Positions 60,208 to 64,000 of a stretch of 64,000 bases of DNA are shown here, piece after piece (position 1 is the stretch's first letter; each line of letters begins with the position of its first letter). The DNA comes from an uncultured Candidatus Rokubacteria bacterium (GTDB lineage Bacteria; Methylomirabilota; Methylomirabilia; Rokubacteriales; DASRDR01). A program made the translations under genes and the position numbers. The stretch is from the NCBI GenBank assembly GCA_963805625.1, contig CAWDVE010000017.1, positions 320,001 through 384,000 of the forward strand, given 5' to 3'. The notes beneath the pieces are model-generated. The model ran no database searches and was not told the DNA's origin. It saw only the letters and a program-made list of their open reading frames with translations.

Positions 60208-61869
60208 ATGAGCACGCCACCCGAGGGGCAGGGGACGGTCCGGTGGCTGGTGTACGGCCGGACCGGCTTCGTCTCGCTGCTGGCGGCCGCGCTGATCGGG
60301 TCGCATCTCAGCGGTCTGCCCCTGTTCCCGCTCCCCCCGGTCCTGACACTGCTGGCGGCGACCTACCTCCTCTCCGCGATCTACCTCGCGCTGCTCGGGC
60401 GGGTCCGGAACCCCACCTGGCTGGCGGAGGTCCAGATCTACGGGGACGTCGTCCTCGAGACGATGCTGATCTACCTCACGGGCGGGCCGTATAGCGTCTT
60501 CCCGTTTCTCTACCTCGTGTCGATCCTGACCGCCAGCATCATGGTGGCGCCCCGCGAGAGCTTCCGCGTGGCCACCGTGGCCGTGCTCCTGCACGGGGTC
60601 ATGCTCGGCGCCCAGTTCTACCGATGGCTGCCTCCCGCCGTGGACCTTCCCCTCGCGCGCAACGTCGGGATGGAAGGCAGCCTCACGATCCTTCTCATCA
60701 GCGCGAACTTCTGTGCCTGCTTCCTCATGGCCTATCTCGGGACGTACCTGGCGGGCCGCCTCCGCCAGGCGCGGGGCGAGGCGCATCGCAGCGAGGCGAG
60801 CCTGGCCGCCCTCCGGGCGCTCCACGAGGACATCGTCCAGAGCGTGGCGAGCGGGCTCCTGACCTTCGATCGCCGCGGCACCGTCACCTCGGTGAACCGG
60901 ACGGCGGAAGTGCTGTGCGCGCGGCGCGAGGTGGAGCTGCGGGGAGTGCGCTGGGAGACCCTGTTCCCGGGCGCGCCGCCGTTTCCCACCGTCTGGGAGG
61001 GCCTGGAGGGCGGCGCCGCGCGGCGGGCCCGCTCGGAGACTGAGCTGGTCCGGGCCGACGGCTCCCGGCTCCCGGTCGGGATGAGCCTCTCCTTCCTGCG
61101 GCGCGGGCGTGGGGCGATCTGTTCGTTCCAGGACCTGACCGACATCAAGCGCATGGGGGAACAGATCCGCCAGGCGGACCGGCTCGCGGCCATCGGCCGC
61201 CTGGCGGCCGGGTTGGCTCACGAGATTCGCAACCCGATCGGGTCGATCCGCGGCTCGGTCGAGGTCCTGGGCGGGAGCCTCGATCTCCAGGGAGACGACC
61301 GGCGTCTGATGGACATCGTCCTCCGCGAGTCGGACCGGCTGGACGCCATCATTCGCGACTTCCTCCAGTTCTCCCGGCCCCCGCGCCTCGTGCGGGTGCC
61401 GACGGACCTCCCGGCCATGCTCGACGAGATCCTGCTCATGCTGTCGAACCACAGTGGCGTGCAGGGGGCGGAGACCCCGCGCGTACAGATCCGACGGGAC
61501 GTGGCGGAGTCGACGGCGAAGGCGGACGTCGATCCGGCACAGATGCGCCAGGCGCTCTGGAACTTGTGTCTCAACGCGGTGGAAGCAATGCCGCAGGGCG
61601 GGGAGCTACGTGTGGGCGTGCGGACGATCACCTCAGAGGCAGGCCGGACCCTCATGGAGATCACGGTCGAGGACACCGGCGTGGGGATCACGGCGGCGGA
61701 GCTGACCCAGGTCTTCGAGCCCTTCTTCACCACCAAGCCCCAGGGCACCGGGCTCGGGCTCGCCATCGCGCACCGGATCGTCGAGGATCACGGTGGCGAG
61801 ATCCGAGTGCAGAGCGAGCCCTGGCGGGGGACCCGGTTCACCATCTCGCTCCCTGTGGGCGAGGGCTAG
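60208..61869 (+). CDS. pilS: sensor histidine kinase PilS-like
   Basis: TM region with TGGPYS, PAS, AHEIRNP, NAVEA, PFFTTK..GTGLGL. Confidence 0.88.
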   Translation: MSTPPEGQGTVRWLVYGRTGFVSLLAAALIGSHLSGLPLFPLPPVLTLLAATYLLSAIYLALLGRVRNPTWLAEVQIYGDVVLETMLIYLTGGPYSVFPFLYLVSILTASIMVAPRESFRVATVAVLLHGVMLGAQFYRWLPPAVDLPLARNVGMEGSLTILLISANFCACFLMAYLGTYLAGRLRQARGEAHRSEASLAALRALHEDIVQSVASGLLTFDRRGTVTSVNRTAEVLCARREVELRGVRWETLFPGAPPFPTVWEGLEGGAARRARSETELVRADGSRLPVGMSLSFLRRGRGAICSFQDLTDIKRMGEQIRQADRLAAIGRLAAGLAHEIRNPIGSIRGSVEVLGGSLDLQGDDRRLMDIVLRESDRLDAIIRDFLQFSRPPRLVRVPTDLPAMLDEILLMLSNHSGVQGAETPRVQIRRDVAESTAKADVDPAQMRQALWNLCLNAVEAMPQGGELRVGVRTITSEAGRTLMEITVEDTGVGITAAELTQVFEPFFTTKPQGTGLGLAIAHRIVEDHGGEIRVQSEPWRGTRFTISLPVGEG

Positions 61870-61873
61870 ACCC

Positions 61874-63286
61874 ATGATCGAGCGCATCCTCGTCGTCGAC
61901 GACGACCAGAGCCTGAGGGAATTCCTGACGATCACGCTCGGCCGGGACGGCTTCGAGGTCGTGGCCGCGGCATCCGGTGCCGAAGCGCTCCGTGCCATGA
62001 CGGAGGCACCCGCCGACCTCGCTCTGGTCGATCTCAAGATGCCCGGCATGGACGGGCTCGAAACGCTGCGGCGCCTGAAGGAGCTCAGCGAGACCGTGGC
62101 GGTGGTGATCGTCACCGCCTTCGCCACGACCGAGACCGCGATCCAGGCGCTCAAGGAAGGTGCCTACGACTACCTGATCAAGCCGTTCAAGGTCGACGAG
62201 CTGAAGCTGGTGGTGCGGAAGGCGCTCGAGGAGCGACGACTCCGTTGGGAGAACCAGCGGCTGCGGCGCGAGGTCGAGCTTCGCTACACGCTGGGCAACA
62301 TGGTGGGTAAGAGCGCCAAGGTGCAGGAGCTCTTCTCGACCATCAGCCGGCTGGCCGAGTCCCGGGCGACGGTCCTCCTCACCGGGGAGAGCGGCACTGG
62401 CAAGACGCTTCTCGCGAAGACCATCCACTTCAACTCGAGCCGGAAGAACGGGCCGTTCGTCGGGGTGAACTGCGCCGCCATCCCGAGTGAGCTGATGGAG
62501 TCGGAGCTTTTCGGACACGTGCGGGGCGCCTTCACGGGGGCCATTGCCAACAAGCAGGGCCTGTTCGAGGCGGCCGACGGCGGGACGCTCCTCCTCGACG
62601 AGATCAGCGAGATGTCCACGCACCTCCAGGCCAAGCTGCTGCGCGTGCTGGAGGATCGCGAGATCCGGCCCGTGGGGGGAACGAAGCCCGTGCGGGTGGA
62701 GGTCAGGATCGTGGCGGCCACGAACCGGGACCTGGCGCAGGCGATGGCGCGCGGATCCTTCCGGGAGGATCTGTTCTACCGGCTCAACGTCATCTCGGTG
62801 GCCCTTCCATCGCTGCGGGAGCGCCGGGAGGACATCCCCCTTCTCGTCAATCACTTTCTTCAGAAGTTCACCGAGCTGGCGGGCGCGCCCGCCAAGGTGC
62901 TCTCGCCCGAGGCCCTGACGTGCCTCGAGGCCTATCCGTGGCCCGGGAATATCCGGGAGCTTGAGAACGTGATCGAACGGGCGGTCACTCTCGAGCCCGG
63001 CCCGATCATCCGTCCGGAGAGCCTGCCTGAGTCCTTGCGGCGCCCCCGTCAGCCGGATGCCTTCCACGTGGAGTTTCCACCGGAGGGGCTCGACCTCGAC
63101 AAGCTGATGGAGCAGATCGAGCGGGACCTCATCCGGCGGGCCCTCGATCGCGTCGACGGCGTCCAGAGCCGGGCGGCGCACCTCCTCGGGACCGGCTTCC
63201 GATCGTTCCGGTACCGCCTCCAGAAGTACGGGATGATAGAACGCGGCACCGCGCCTGATGGGGGCCCTGACGAGCCCGTCCAGTGA
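61874..63286 (+). CDS. pilR: sigma-54-dependent response regulator PilR-like
   Basis: Receiver, GESGTGK, GAFTGA, WPGNIRELEN, FRSFRYRLQK HTH. Confidence 0.9.
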   Translation: MIERILVVDDDQSLREFLTITLGRDGFEVVAAASGAEALRAMTEAPADLALVDLKMPGMDGLETLRRLKELSETVAVVIVTAFATTETAIQALKEGAYDYLIKPFKVDELKLVVRKALEERRLRWENQRLRREVELRYTLGNMVGKSAKVQELFSTISRLAESRATVLLTGESGTGKTLLAKTIHFNSSRKNGPFVGVNCAAIPSELMESELFGHVRGAFTGAIANKQGLFEAADGGTLLLDEISEMSTHLQAKLLRVLEDREIRPVGGTKPVRVEVRIVAATNRDLAQAMARGSFREDLFYRLNVISVALPSLRERREDIPLLVNHFLQKFTELAGAPAKVLSPEALTCLEAYPWPGNIRELENVIERAVTLEPGPIIRPESLPESLRRPRQPDAFHVEFPPEGLDLDKLMEQIERDLIRRALDRVDGVQSRAAHLLGTGFRSFRYRLQKYGMIERGTAPDGGPDEPVQ

Positions 63287-63320
63287 CAATTTGCGAACAG
63301 TCAGTGGCCAATCTTGACAG
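63281..63320 (+). promoter_or_regulatory. candidate PilR upstream activator sites
   Basis: Tandem imperfect repeats CAGTGACAATTTGCGAACAG / CAGTGGCCAATCTTGACAG ~130-160 bp before the sigma-54 box. Confidence 0.4.
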
Positions 63321-63442
63321 ACGACGAATTCGGCAGTGTCTGCATCAAGTTAGGTCTCAAAACCGGGCGAATACCCGTGCCGCGAGACAGGATAGGTGGC
63401 TCCGGGAAGGCCTCAAAAGGCCTCTAAACTAGCCTGAGGGGT

Positions 63443-63458
63443 CGGCACCGGAATTGCT
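63443..63458 (+). promoter_or_regulatory. sigma-54 promoter of pilA
   Basis: CGGCACCGGAATTGCT, GG-N10-GC, between pilR and pilA. Confidence 0.75.
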
Positions 63459-63537
63459 CTACTAAGCGCCGTGCGTGTAGGCAGACCTAAGCGGAACAGA
63501 CCCGGTGCAGCTCACCCCCAACCTCGGAGGTAGACAG

Positions 63538-63870
63538 ATGTTCAGGCAGCTTCGGAGCCAGAAGGGCTTGACCCTCGTCGAGCTCATGGTGGTCGTGGCG
63601 ATCATCGCCATCATCGCCGCCGTCGCCATCACCGTGTTTCAGGACATCCAGAAGAAGGCCAAGCTGGCCGCCGACCAGGGCCAAGTGGCCGCGCTGCGGT
63701 CCGCCGTCGCCATCTACTACGGCAAGAACAACGGTATCTTCCCGGGTGGCTTGCCGACCGCTTATGTGACGCCCCCTCCCGTTTGGGCGTGCACCACAAA
63801 CGTGCCCCCCACGTACGACACCGGGAACGGCAAGATCACGTTCTCGGCGACCATCAACGACTGCCCGTAA
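63538..63870 (+). CDS. pilA: type IV major pilin
   Basis: SD GGAGG; class III signal MFRQLRSQKG/LTLVELMVVV; C-terminal Cys pair; downstream of pilSR. Confidence 0.88.
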   Translation: MFRQLRSQKGLTLVELMVVVAIIAIIAAVAITVFQDIQKKAKLAADQGQVAALRSAVAIYYGKNNGIFPGGLPTAYVTPPPVWACTTNVPPTYDTGNGKITFSATINDCP

Positions 63871-63905
63871 GCACATTGCAGCAGCGCGAGCGGAGGAGGG
63901 CGCCC

Positions 63906-64000
63906 ATGGCTCGAATCGAGGTCTCGGTGGTCCTGCCGGTCCTCGATGAGGTTCAGAGCCTGGGCGTCCTCCACCGCGAGCTGACCGAGGTGCTCGAGCG
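63906..64000 (+). CDS. glycosyltransferase family 2 (3'-truncated by window)
   Basis: SD GGAGGAGG; MARIEVSVVLPVLDEVQSLGVLHREL. Confidence 0.75.
   Translation, partial: MARIEVSVVLPVLDEVQSLGVLHRELTEVLE

Noticed and set aside
63538-63870. Electrically conductive (e-)pilin
   Set aside because: About 8 aromatics in 100 residues, lacking F1 and Y27, with a long aromatic-free gap

Overview
High-GC (roughly 70%+) bacterial chromosome segment. Gene content and style suggest Methylomirabilota/'Rokubacteria' or a related lineage; this is an inference. The core blocks are: pyrB'-pyrC-carA-(87 aa ORF)-carB-pyrF-pyrE; a NitT/TauT ABC transporter plus a GT-C-like membrane protein; yicC-gmk-rpoZ-coaBC-udg-priA-def-fmt-rsmB-rpe-DUF72; divergent ligD/ku (NHEJ); ffh-rpsP-rimM-trmD-rplS-rnhB-(DUF4238, ankyrin)-yraN-comM; a decaying accessory patch (acdS and GNAT pseudogenes, small Zn-finger proteins); a heat-shock cluster hsp20-dnaK-dnaJ*-hspR-dksA-lon; mazG-macro; and a type IV pilus locus pilBTC-pilSR-pilA with sigma-54 promoters. 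One nested mobile element is fully resolvable: an IS256 (8-bp TSD) inside an IS1202/ISNCY-type IS (16-bp TSD). The most unusual signals are a J-protein with SPD instead of HPD in a dnaK-hspR-dksA-lon operon, a helicase-degenerate PriA, two genes that apparently start at CTG through CTGA stop/start overlaps, a stand-alone Zn-finger resembling the ZZ domain of bacterial ZZ-histones, and a 104-bp inverted-repeat element that supplies the def stop codon. No CRISPR array, rRNA or tRNA was seen.
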